A DNA stretch of 64,000 nt from the human T2T-CHM13v2.0 reference genome, Homo sapiens, in NCBI RefSeq assembly GCF_009914755.1, contig NC_060939.1, one strand, 5' to 3'. This document shows, piece by piece, positions 1 through 12,706 of this stretch (position 1 is the first letter of the stretch; the number at the start of each line of letters is the position of its first letter). The position numbers were made by a program, and so were the translations under genes. A model generated the notes under the pieces. The model was given only the letters and a program-made list of their open reading frames with translations. It had not been told where the DNA came from and did not search any database.

Positions 1-75
1 ATGGTCTCGATCTCCTGTCTTCGTGATCTGCCCGCCTCGACCTCCCAAAGTGCTGGGATTACAAACGTGAGCCAC
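1..75 (-). mobile_element. Alu left-arm 5' part, cut by the window edge
   Basis: gtgatctgcccgcctcgacctcccaaagtgctgggattaca...gtgagccac is the reverse complement of the Alu 5' end. Confidence 0.9.
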
Positions 76-201
76 ATATTTCTTATATTTTGAATATATC
101 TATGTTTTCTACGGTCTACTTTTGAAATACTGAAAAAAAATTTCCACATCTCCCACAATAAGTGTATTTCTATTCATTTTTCTTGTATTGCTTTTCTTTC
201 C

Positions 202-501
202 TTTTTTTTTTTTTTCTCACCCTATAGAGTCTCACTCTGTTGCCCTGGCTGGAGTACAGTGGTGACACCTTGGCTCACTGCAACGTCTGCCTCCCGGGTT
301 CAAGCGATTCTCTTGTCTCAGCCTACCGAGTAGTTGGGATTACAGGTGCATGCCACCGTGCCTGGCTAATTTTTATATTTTAGTAGAGACGAGGTTATGC
401 CATATTGGTCAGGCTGGCCTCGAACTCCTGACCTCAGGTGATCCACCCGCATCGGCCTCCCAAAGTGCTGAGATTACAGGCATGAGCCACCGCGCCCGGC
501 C
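202..501 (-). mobile_element. Full-length AluS (Sx/Sz-like)
   Basis: Poly-T, both antisense arms, ends cgcgcccggcc; similar flanks tttcttgtatt / ttccttgtatt are a probable TSD. Confidence 0.93.
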
Positions 502-509
502 TTTCCTTG

Positions 510-1900
510 TATTTCCGATAATGGATTACTAATATTTTTGCTCTGTGTTATGTCTCATATGAACATCTGCTGCTTTTATATCACCATGATGAACTATACC
601 TTCTATATAAGTAGAAAATGACTTTTTTTCCTGCTTAATGGCTTCTGGTGAAATCATATTTGCAATAATGGCATGGCCTTATTTTTTGTTTGAATTTTCC
701 TACCAAATCTTTGGTCCTTTTTTCCCCATTTTTCTTTTTTTCTTCTATTCTGTGCATGTCCTGTAAATAGCATTTAGTCGTGATTTGGTTTTTTTGTTTG
801 CTTGTTTACTTATTTGTTTTGGATGATTTATCAGAAATTATCTTTGTAGCACTAATATTTAATTTTTACTCTTTGCAATATCATTTTAAGTTCTTTAAAT
901 GTTTTATTATTGCACTTTTAGCTTAGCTTTCTAGTCACTGAGAGTCAGTTTATTTTTTGATTGATTTTGTTTGGACAATTTTATTCCACTTTTCTTTGAT
1001 ATCCTTCTTCCCCTGCTCCCCTCTGTGTCAGTATTTTTAAGCTAATCATCTTATTCTAAACTTGTTTATAATTACTTTTGAACTTTACAAAGATATTACT
1101 TAATTTTTATTTTTCTAAATATCGAAGTTTAAAATACATTCTCCTAATGAAAATGAGGAATCAAACATATCCTTATTCTCCCCACCAGCATTCTATGTGC
1201 TTGTAATTTTTCCTGGAAATATGTTCTTAGTTTTATTTACTGTTGCTCAATCATTTTATTCTTTACAAACATTTTAAGAGCATAATCTTTGATGTTAGAA
1301 TCTAATACTATAATCAAATTTAACTATCTAGAATTGCTATCAAAATTTGTTATATTTATATAAATTCAGTCCTTTTTATAGTGAATTTTATGTTCAATAT
1401 TTGTATTTATCTCTTCTTTGACTGGACTATATTCTTCAGGTAATATTGCGAACATTGCACAAGTTGTATATTTTCTTAGCTATTACATACTTGAAATTTA
1501 CAGTAGAAAAGTGGGCTATTTAGAAATATAGTATATCAAAACCGTTCCTCTTCATAAATGTATAGCATTTTCCAAATGTGTTTCGTCATTCAGTGCTGCA
1601 AAAAATGTCTGAGTCTAACCTATTTTGTGGTTATTAGTGGAGCTGTAAATCAGAGAATATTTTTCTTAACCATGTGACTGTAATTTTTCCTTTATAAATA
1701 ACATGTAATTTTCTTTTCATTGCATTTGGAAAGAGGATATGTCACTTAGATCGTATTTCTCTTTTGAGTGGCAAAGTGGTATCTGAAGACAGTTTTCCTC
1801 ACTATACCATGTTTTCATTTGCTGCTTCTGTTTCACTTTTCTGAGGGATGCCTAAAATTCTTAGATAGTTTTCCATTGTTCATTTCTTCATTCACATCTA
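510..1900 (-). mobile_element. Highly diverged old L1 (L1M/L1ME-like) fragments
   Basis: T-rich sequence with weak antisense L1 similarity; boundaries approximate. Confidence 0.4.
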
Positions 1901-2006
1901 TCTCTTTGTGTTTAGTTGTTTTGAAGGTTACCATCTGACAACATGTTTAAAGAAAGGTAGTGACAGGAGAAGTAAGCCACACTTTGGCTCTTGAAAAGCA
2001 GATTGT

Positions 2007-2905
2007 GGGCTGATACCCAGAATCTACAAAGAACTTAAAAAAATTTACAAGAAAAAATCAAACAACCCCATCAAAAAGTAGGCAAAGGATATGAACAGAC
2101 ACGTCTCAAAAGAAGACATTTATGCAGTCAACAGACACATGAAAAAATGCTCACCATCACTGGCCATCAGAGAAATGCAAATCAAAACCACAATGAGATA
2201 CCATCTCACACCAGTTAGAATGGCGATCATTAAAAAGTCAGGAAACAACAAGTGCTGGAGAGGATGTGGAGAAATAGGAACACTTTTACACTGCTGGTGG
2301 AACTGTAAACTAGTTCAACCATTGTGGAAGACAGTGTGGCGATTCCTCAAGGATCTAGAACTAGAAATACCATTTGACCCAGCCATCCCATTACTGGGTA
2401 TATACCCAAATGATTATAAATCATATGCTATAAAGACACATGCACACATATGTTTATTGTGGCACTATTCACAATAGCAAAGACTTGGAACCAACCCAGA
2501 TGTCCATCAATGATAGGCTGGATTAAGAAAATGTGGCACATATACACCATGGAATACTATGTGGCCATAAAAAAGGATGAGTTCATGTCCTTTGTAGGGA
2601 CATGGATGAACCTGGAAACCATCATTCTCAGCAAACTATTGCAAGGACAGAAAACCAAACACCACATGTTCTCACTCATAGGTGGGAACAGAACCATGAA
2701 ACACTTGGACACAGGGTGGGGAACATCACACATTGGGGCCTGTTGTGGGGTGGGGGGAGGGGGGAGGGATAGCATTAGGAGATATACCTAAAGTAAATGA
2801 CGAGTTAATGGGTGCAGCACATCAATATGGCACATGTATACATATGTAGCAAACCTGCACATTGTGCACATGTACCCTAGAACTTAAAGTATAATAATTA
2901 AAAAG
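2007..2905 (+). mobile_element. 5'-truncated L1PA (L1PA5-like): ORF2 C-terminus and 3'UTR
   Basis: ORF track gives L1 ORF2 C-terminal peptides ([31 protein letters not shown]); 3'UTR ends ctagaacttaaagtataataa. Confidence 0.95.
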
Positions 2906-3192
2906 AGAACTTAAAAAAATTGTGATATAATTTATATATAATAAAATTAATATATCTTAAATATACCAATCAATGAGTGTTGACAAATATATATACACTA
3001 ATGTGGTCATTACAGAAATAAACTTGTAGAACATTTTCATCACTCCTGAAATTCCCTTGTGCTCCTTTACAGACAGTCCCCTTACCTGTTCCAGAAGCAA
3101 CTAGAGTTCTAATTTCTATAAGTAAAGGCTTGTTTTACCTATTTCTAAATTTCATAACAATTAAATCATACAGTGTGTAAAAAAATAAAAAA
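2906..3192 (+). other. 3'-transduced segment (antisense old L1M 3' end) with ATTAAA and poly(A)
   Basis: Lies between the L1PA end and the downstream TSD copy gaaaagcagattgtgg (1993-2008 = 3193-3208); ATTAAA 3160-3165, A-tail 3179-3192. Confidence 0.85.
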
Positions 3193-3779
3193 GAAAAGCA
3201 GATTGTGGCCAGTTTTCTGTTTGGGTGAGAGTAAGTTTCAGGTCCAGTTGTTAAATGTTAGCAGGGACTGAATGACAGTGACTTCTTGTCCACTCTCAGA
3301 CTGATAGATTTGCTCTTCTTCACTAAGCGAAGTGTTGTTATGCCAGCAGCCTTATATTTTCAATCTATTTCAGCATTCCTAAAGTTAGTTCCAATTCATT
3401 CAGATACATCAATACCTGATAGGCTATTCATTGTACTTAGAATGACTCTATGATAAAAATAAACCAATTGCTCAGAAAAGAAGTAAAAATAACTGCTATT
3501 TAAACACAGAAAATAAAGAAACTTCCCCTAAATTCTCAGTCTCCAAAATATTTAATAGCCTTCCATGAAAACCTTTCATATTATCTTCCAAATAAATACC
3601 TAAAAGGAAATGAGAAGGATTGTTCTTCATCATATTGTAAATACAGGCTTGTGACACACTATCAGAGCATATTCCCAACCTTACAGTTCACTGAACTCTC
3701 TCGCTCTCATTGAGCCCAAGGGCATATTTTAGAGTACAAAAAGGTGTGAATAGACAGCATAACCAATACCTTGGTATTA

Positions 3780-4450
3780 TTCTTTAAACACAGCAAACGA
3801 TATCTTTTGGTATGGTATATACTTTTAAATCCTTTATCTTTTCTTACATTAATTTCCATTATCTCACTTTTATGATATTTTCATAGAATGCTTATGTCTG
3901 TTTTTTTTCATTTTTTGCTTTTAAATACCTATTTTTATTTATGTTGTGTTTCATATAAGCAGCACATAAATGGCCTTGTTTCTTAGAGCCTGAAATTCTC
4001 TGGATTTTAATTAAAGTGTTTAGACAATTTACTTTTAATGTAATTTTCAATTTATATGAGTTTAAGCCTCCAATCTTGCTATTATCCATCCCATTGGGTC
4101 ATTGTTGCTTTCCCCCTCTTCTTCTTCTTTTGTATTGAATATTTTAGTTATTTCATTTTATTTATTCTATTGGCTTAATCTACATCATTTTTTAAGTGAC
4201 TGCTCTAGAAAAACCTCTCTGATTGTAAGGTAGGTTTATTTCTATTGATTTATTTTCAAATTCATTGACTCTTCTATTAGCTCTATTGTGCTGTTAAAAT
4301 ACATCCTTGGAAGATTGTGCTTCAGTTACTGTTCTTCTTAGTTCTATAATTTTCATTTCGTTTCTTTTCCTATTTCTACTCTCCTAATATTTCATATTTT
4401 AAAAATTTATTACATGAATATTATGACCTCGGTAACTGTAATTATAACAG
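3780..4450 (-). mobile_element. Old L1M fragment (endonuclease/ORF1 region)
   Basis: gtgtttcatataagcagcacata resembles the antisense L1 EN ICCLQETH region. Confidence 0.55.
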
Positions 4451-4873
4451 CTGCTATACATTCTTATATGCCGAAAAGACTTCTGACCAATGACAAATGA
4501 GAAGGTCATTCAACCCTCTCCACAACAAATCAAATATAATGGTGGACAAAGTTGACAAAAAAAAACCCCACAACTTCAGCACCCTGGAAATCAGCTGATA
4601 CCATACAACAACCCAAGAAGCATTTATGCTCGACAAATTGCTGAATTGCAAGTAAAAGAAGTAAAAGTGTGAATCTGTGAGTTTCTTACCTGGAGATGTT
4701 CCCATCCTAGTTCTTCCGGTGTGAAGGTTCTACCACAGTGAAACAGACAGTGAGGACTGGCAGATCTTCTGACATAGCTAAATGGGTTTTCTCCTTTCCC
4801 AACAGTTGTTGAAGCACTCATTCAGCACCACTGACAGTGGCAGGAACAATCTCAGTGGTAGGTAAGCAGGCGG

Positions 4874-5874
4874 TGAGAGGTGACAGTGTGTTCGCAGCCC
4901 TCACTCGCTCTCTGCGCCCACTCTGGCCTCGCTTGAGGAGCCCTTCAGCCCCCAGCTGCACTGTGGGAGCCCCTCTCTGGGCTGGCCGAGGCCGGAGCCG
5001 GCTCCCTCTGCTTGCGGAGAGGTGTGGCGGAAGAGGCGCGGGTGGGAACGGGGGCTGTGCCCGGCGCTGGCGGGCCAGCGCGAGTTCCGGGTGGGCACGG
5101 GCTGGGCGGGCCCCGCACTTGGAGCCGCTGGCCGGTGACACTGGCCCCAGGCAGTGAGGGGCTTAGCACCCGGACCAGCAGCTGCGGAGGGTGTCCCGGG
5201 ACCCCCAGCACTACCGGCTCTCCTGCGCCGCGCTTGAATTCTTGCCGGGCCTTAGCCGCCTACCCACGGGACAGCGCTTGGGACCTGCAGCCCGCCATGC
5301 CCAAGCCCCCAGACCCCGCATGGGCTTCCGCGTGGCCCCAGCCTCCCCAACGGGCGCCACCCCGTGCTCTGCGGCCCCGGGTCCCATCGACCACCCAAGG
5401 GCTGAGGAGTGCGCGTGCACCGCGCTGGAGTGGCAAGCAGCTCCACCCGCGGCCCCGGCGCGGAATCCACTAGGCGAAGCCAGCTGGGCTCCTGAGTCAG
5501 GTGAGGACTTGGAAAACTTTTTTTTTTTTTTTTTGAGACTGAGGACTTGGAGAACTTTCATGTCTAGCTGGAAGATTGTATAGGCACCAGTCAGTGCTCT
5601 GTGTCTAGCTAATCCAGTGGGGACTTGGAGAACTTTTGTGTCTAGCTAAAGGAGGTAAATGCACCAATCAGCACTCTGTTTAGCTCAGGGATTTTAAACG
5701 CACCAATCAGCGGGACCACGAACCCACCCGAAGGAAGAAACTCCAGACGTATCTGAACATCTGAAGGCACAAACTCTGGACACAGCATCTTTAAGAACTG
5801 TAGCACTCACCGCGAGGGTCTGCGGTTTCATCCTTGAAGTCAGCCAGACCAAGAACCCACCAATTCCGGACACA
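4874..5874 (+). mobile_element. Solo ERV9 LTR (LTR12D-like), internally deleted
   Basis: Starts tgagaggtgacag, ends ccaattccggacaca; GC-rich U3 and tctagct/ccaatcag repeats; flanks gcgg/gagg are an imperfect 4-bp TSD. Confidence 0.93.
5518..5539 (-). mobile_element. Extremely 5'-truncated Alu-like retroposition (GTCTC + A17)
   Basis: T17-gagac between direct repeats tgaggacttggaaaacttt (5502-5520) and tgaggacttggagaacttt (5540-5558). Confidence 0.7.
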
Positions 5875-6783
5875 GAGGGACAGCGGCTCTACCAGTTTGG
5901 GGTTGTGGTTGTGGTAAGCACATCCCTGGTTGATGCATATGCCATGGAGATGAGAGGGTACCCAAACTATCCACATAGTCTTGTCCAACCTTGGAGTGTG
6001 TACATGCATAGAGAAGAAGTGAAAGGGCTGAGCAGAGAAGATAAGGTGAGACAGACATCACCGTGGCTGAAGCTTTGAACACGTTCCCCTAGCCACATGT
6101 AGATCCCCTGCGGTGGCTGATCACTAAGCGCTATCAACATGGGGAAGCTCCAGGGTAGAACAAGAATGAAAATGAGCAGAGGTATCAGAAACCACATAAT
6201 ATAGGGGAGAGAAATTTCAGATTTAGCCTAGGAAAGTTAAAGAAACAAATACATCAACAAAAGCAGTAACAAACTTCAGTACACATAAGAGAGAGTGATT
6301 ATAGTAATATCAGAATCAATTATAGTGAGATAGTAAATACTAGACACCAAAATATTGGAGTCAAAAAATATATTTTGCTAATAGTTTAATGTATGAGGAA
6401 AACAATTATAACAGAGCCTCAAAATATATGAAATAAATTATGACAAAATCAAATTAAAAATAGTCATTTCAATTTTAATGCTGGGAGACTTCAGCATCCC
6501 ATTGAAAATAATTGATAGCATACCTATGGATAAAATGAGCAAAAATATAAAACATCTTATCAACAGTTTCAACAAATCTGACCTAACAGGCATATATAAA
6601 ACTCTCTAGAGAGAGACCATATAGATTATAATATTTTATGCACACAGAATATATTATTCAGGATGTATCATACACTAGGCCACAGAATAAGTCTCAATGA
6701 TTTTCAAAACATTAAAATTTCACAAAATGTAATATCTGATTATAATGTAATTAAGTTAAAAATCAAAAACAGAAGGAAATCTG

Positions 6784-7091
6784 GGCTGGGCACTGTGGCT
6801 CATGCCTGTAATCCCAGCACTTTGGGAAGCTGAGGCGGGCAGATCGCTTGAGGTCAGGAGTTAGAGACAAGCCTGGGCAACATGGCAAAACCCCGTCTCT
6901 ACTAAACATACAAAAATCAGCTGGGCACAGTGGTGGCACGCGCACCTGTAGTCCCAGCTACTCGGCGAGGCTGAGGCACGAAAATCGCTTGAACCTGGAA
7001 GGCAGAAGCTGCAGTGAGACAAGATCGTGTCAGTGTACTCCCGCCTGGGAGACAGAGACTCTGTCTCTGCCCCCGCACCCCGACGCCCCGC
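6784..7091 (+). mobile_element. AluS/J element with a C-rich tail
   Basis: ggctgggcactgtggctca...gagactctgtctc; TSD agaaggaaatctgg (6771-6784) / agaaggaagtctgg (7094-7107). Confidence 0.92.
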
Positions 7092-7783
7092 AAAGAAGGA
7101 AGTCTGGAACGTATCCAAATACTTGCACATTTAAATAATCTACTTCTAAGTAACTTATGGGTCAAAGAAGAAAGCCTATAGAAAATTAAAAAATATTTTG
7201 AACTGAATAAAAATGAAAGTACATTGTATGAAAAATTATGGGACACAGCTAAGTAGAACTTAGATGGGACTTTTCTGTTTCAAATGCTTATATTAGCCAA
7301 GAAAAGTCTCAAAGTAATCATCTAAGCTTCCACCTTAAATAATTAGAAAAAAAGTAGAAAACTAAACTTAAGTAGAGTAAAAAGAATAATAAAAGAAAAG
7401 AAAAAAATGAAGAAAATCAATTAACTCAGAAATTGGTTTCTTAAAATTTCAAGAAAATTGATCATCCTTTAGCTAAACTAACAGAAAAAAGAAAGAAGAC
7501 ATAACTTATCAAAACTAGGAATGAAAAAATGGATATCATCATTAACTCTAACAAATGAATATGATTATAAGGGAATATGATGAACATTTCTTCATATTTT
7601 ATATTTTGATATGTCAGAAAATTAGGAGAGATAAAATGGCACGTGCCTTAAGAGACGCAAATTACCAAAATTGACTTATGAAGAAATAGAACATTTGAAT
7701 ATACTGATAACAAGCATAGAAAGTATGTAATAACAAATATCCCTCTCTCCCAAAAATTTCAGGCTCAGAAGATTTCTTTGGTA

Positions 7784-8199
<416 letters not shown>

Positions 8200-9258
8200 T
8201 CACGATTACTCTGAAACTGAGGCCTGATGAAGACACCACAATAAAATAAAACTGCAGACCAGGAACCCTTATAAACAGAAACACAGGTATCTTTTAAAAA
8301 AATTAGTGAATGAAATCGAGCAACATATTAAAAAAGCATCATATATCATGACAAGTGAGGTTTACTCTAGGAATCAAAGCTTAGTTTAGCATCCAAAAAA
8401 ATTAATGTAATGTACCATATTGATAGAATAAAAAACAAAAATAGTATCCTTTTAATAGATTAAGGAAGCATATTACAAAGTTTAACACACATTCAACAAT
8501 TTACCAATTTAACAATCATTCTGCAAATTGGTTATAAAATGGAACTTCTCAATTTAATAAAAATATCTATTAAAAATGCTTCACAGCTGACATCAAGCTT
8601 AATGGTTAAAGACTGAACCATTAGTGTTTCTAGCTAAGATGGGGGACATGACAAGTTTGTCCAGTCTCACCACTTTCTGTTCAACATTTTCCTTGATATC
8701 TAAGTATATTTCATAGTGGGGGAGAAAAAGCAATGGGTTTGGAAAGGAAAATTTCACGTCATTTTTTGCACCTAACTCGATACTTTGTGTAAAAAATCCT
8801 GAGGAATCACCTCAAAAACTACTAAAACAAACATTTTCAGCAAGGGCAGAAGATACAAATTCACTCTCCAGAAATCAATTGCATTTTTGTTTACTAGCAA
8901 GGAACAATTCAAAACTAAAATTAAGAAAATAACTCCATTGATAATATCATAGAAAGAAAAAACACCTAGGAATAAGTTTAATAAAATATTGCAAGATTTG
9001 TATATTAAGAAAAATAAAACATTGTTGAGAGGGATTAGAAAAAGATTTAAATAAAAGAACATTTATTCAATGTCATAGATTGAAAGGCTTAACATTATTA
9101 AGATGGCAATTCTACCTCAAATGACCTACCAATTCTGTGCAATCCTGCAGACCTCTTTGTAGAATTTAACAAGTCAAATTTCAAAATTTGTATGAAAATG
9201 AAGAGTGCTTAGGACATCCGTATCAATTTTGAAAAAGATAAAGTTGAAGAATTTACAA

Positions 9259-10057
<799 letters not shown>

Positions 10058-11359
10058 TACCTTATAGAAAAGATTACTGTAAAGCCAGATTAATCAAAAG
10101 GTGCTGTGATTATGCAAATATAAGCATTTAGATTAATGGAACAGATTTCAAATTCCATAGGTAAATTTGTACATCTGTGGGCAATTGGTATCTTTAACAA
10201 AGGTGCCAAGGTATTTCAATCAGGAAAAGAAGAGTCTTTTCAACAAGTGAAGTTAAGACAAGTAGATACTGCATGCACAAAATGAACTTGATCTCTATCT
10301 CTCACCATTTGCAAAAGCTAACTCAAAAAGGATAATAAGCCTAAACGTAACGGATAAAAAATATAAGTTCAAGATTAAAGATTTGTGAGAAAATCCTTCC
10401 TAACTGTCAATACACAAAGAGTTGATAGATATGACACTGAGGTCTTGATATATAGAAGAACAGTTGGATACATTTCACTTCATCCACATTCAAAAGTTCT
10501 GCTTAAAAGGACAGTGTTAAGAGAATAAAAAGAAGTGAAAGCATGAGAATAAATATTTTCAAATCATATATCTGATTTTAAAAAATCGTAGATCTAAAAT
10601 ACATAAATATCACTTACAATTTAATAATAAGAAAGTAAAATCTAATTTAAAACATGGGCAACAACTTCAATAAAATTTCACCAAAGACCAAATAAACCCA
10701 TGAGAAAATGCTCAACATCATTAGTCATTAGGGAATACAAATTTAAACCATAATGAGACAACACTAAATGTCCACTGGAATCATCATAATGCAAAAGTCA
10801 GACAATGACAAGCATCGGTGAGATCATGGAGTAACAGGAACCTTCATACATTGCCCAGGGGTATGTAAAATAGTACAGCTATTTTGAAAACTCTTTGGCA
10901 GCTTCTTAAAAAGTTAAACGTAAACTAACCATATAGTCTCGAAATTCAACTTCTAGATAGCTGCCCAAAAGAAATCAAAAGATATATATTCATTTCAATG
11001 GCATACATGCAAATATTTATGGCAGCATTAACCATAATAGCCAACAACCTGGAAACAATTTAGGAGAAAGACATTCTATAAGAATTTTTTAAAGATAAGG
11101 AGAGATGAGAGGGCAGTGTAACTCTCTTCAGGGAACCCGTATTAAGTGTAAACCTTATCCTGCATACTAAGATTAGCGTATTTTAAAACACGGTCAAGAT
11201 AAATATTTAATTAATTGAAAATCACTTCTTGGGTACTTCTTGGGTACTAAGCTCTGTAGTCAGTACTTAGGACAGGCTTAATAATGTAAACTCATAAATA
11301 ACTTGGTCTACGATATCTGCATTTCCTTAGAAGTTGAAATGCTGTATCTGTTTATGCAT

Positions 11360-11590
11360 AATAATAATTAGTTAACATTTATTGAGTATAAATTCTTTTT
11401 TATATCCTAGGCTCAGTACTTTACATACATTCACTTATTTAATTGTTGTATGCCTAGATAAGCCAATTATTATTTTTATTATAATGTTGCAAAGAAAAAA
11501 AATAATAACTAAAGAGGCAAGTTAGTTACTTGGTTAAGGTCATTCTGGGGTAAATGATGGGAGAAGGACTCAGATGCTAGCCCTGTGTTA
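11360..11590 (-). mobile_element. MIR fragment
   Basis: taacatttattgag...actaaagaggcaagttagttacttggttaaggtca matches the MIR core. Confidence 0.6.
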
Positions 11591-12571
11591 GTCATTAGAA
11601 TGATAAAATAACAACAACAATAATATAATATTAACAATAATAAGAAAATCTAACTAGTAGATTACTAATATTTTCAGTGTTGATGGGTGGGTTAGTTTCA
11701 AAATTGAGTAATTATGTGCAAAGACATCTTTTACCATCATCCAGATAATAAAACACACTAGTGGCATGTATGTGTTACACATATGTGCACATATATATGT
11801 ACAATTGTTCAAAGGATGTAGCTATATACTTTACATGGGTTCTATGGGGGATCACTTTTCTGAATATGGGCTGCATCCCACAGCTAGTCCTGCCTGCTTT
11901 CTGTGGGTGGCCCACAGCCTTTTTTTGGGGAGTCTTTTTGTCCAGCTGATATTTTAAGGCTTTGTCTTTCTGGAGATTAGTGCAGGAGGAGCACACCTCA
12001 TTTCCTTAAATGGGATGTATGCTTGGCTCTTCATTCCACATATAACTGTGTGGGAGCATGGGGATTCACTGCATCAGCTTGTCAGGTGAAACATTATCTC
12101 AACACGGGCGTTCCAAATGTGTGTCTTTGCCTAAGTACTTCAGTTTCTACATTTGAGAAATAATAATCTCCTGTCTTACGTGGCTGTCATGAGTTTTAGC
12201 TCATGCAAGCAATTATTAAAAAAAAACGGTCTTGCGAAGGTAAACTTTGAAAAACTATCTGTTCTATGCAGTGGGCTAATCTTGAATTTAGTCCTAGCAT
12301 CATTCACAGTTATACTGGTAAGTTTTTTGAATACTTTTCTAACTTTAGAATTATTATATCTACATTCTGTGAAGATATTTTCTTAATGTGTTCCTTTCAG
12401 AATTAAATGCAAGCATGCGTACCCCTCCATGACAAAAATATGAATTTTATAATATAATATCCTGTAAAAGCTGACCTCTCAGTTCTCTTTGAGATAATTC
12501 TACTAATGTGGAAATCATGTGAAACAAATAACTAAATCATATACAAATATATTTTTCTGAGCCTACTTTTT

Positions 12572-12706
12572 ATGAAGAAATAAAAGAAGAAAGGAAGGAA
12601 AGACGAAAGAGAGGAAAGAAGGAAGGAGGCAAGGAAGGAAGAAAGGAAGGAAGGGAGGGAAGGGAGGGAGGGAGGGGAGGGAGGGAGGAAAGAAGGAAAG
12701 AAAGGC
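12572..12706 (+). repeat. Polypurine (GGAA/GGGA)n low-complexity tract
   Basis: Directly visible. Confidence 0.95.

Larger units (their letters stand above)
4475..6280 (+). mobile_element. Old L1M (L1MC/MD-like) 5' region, split by an LTR12
   Basis: Resembles L1M 5'-end consensus on both sides of the LTR and runs into L1 ORF2-like sequence downstream. Confidence 0.55.

Noticed and set aside
4818-5583. Many overlapping 70-150 aa ORFs
   Set aside because: By-product of the GC-rich, stop-poor LTR12 U3; low-complexity Pro/Ala/Arg/Gly peptides with no recognisable domain.
12585-12655. GGAA microsatellite as an EWSR1-FLI1 response element
   Set aside because: No run of four or more consecutive GGAA units.
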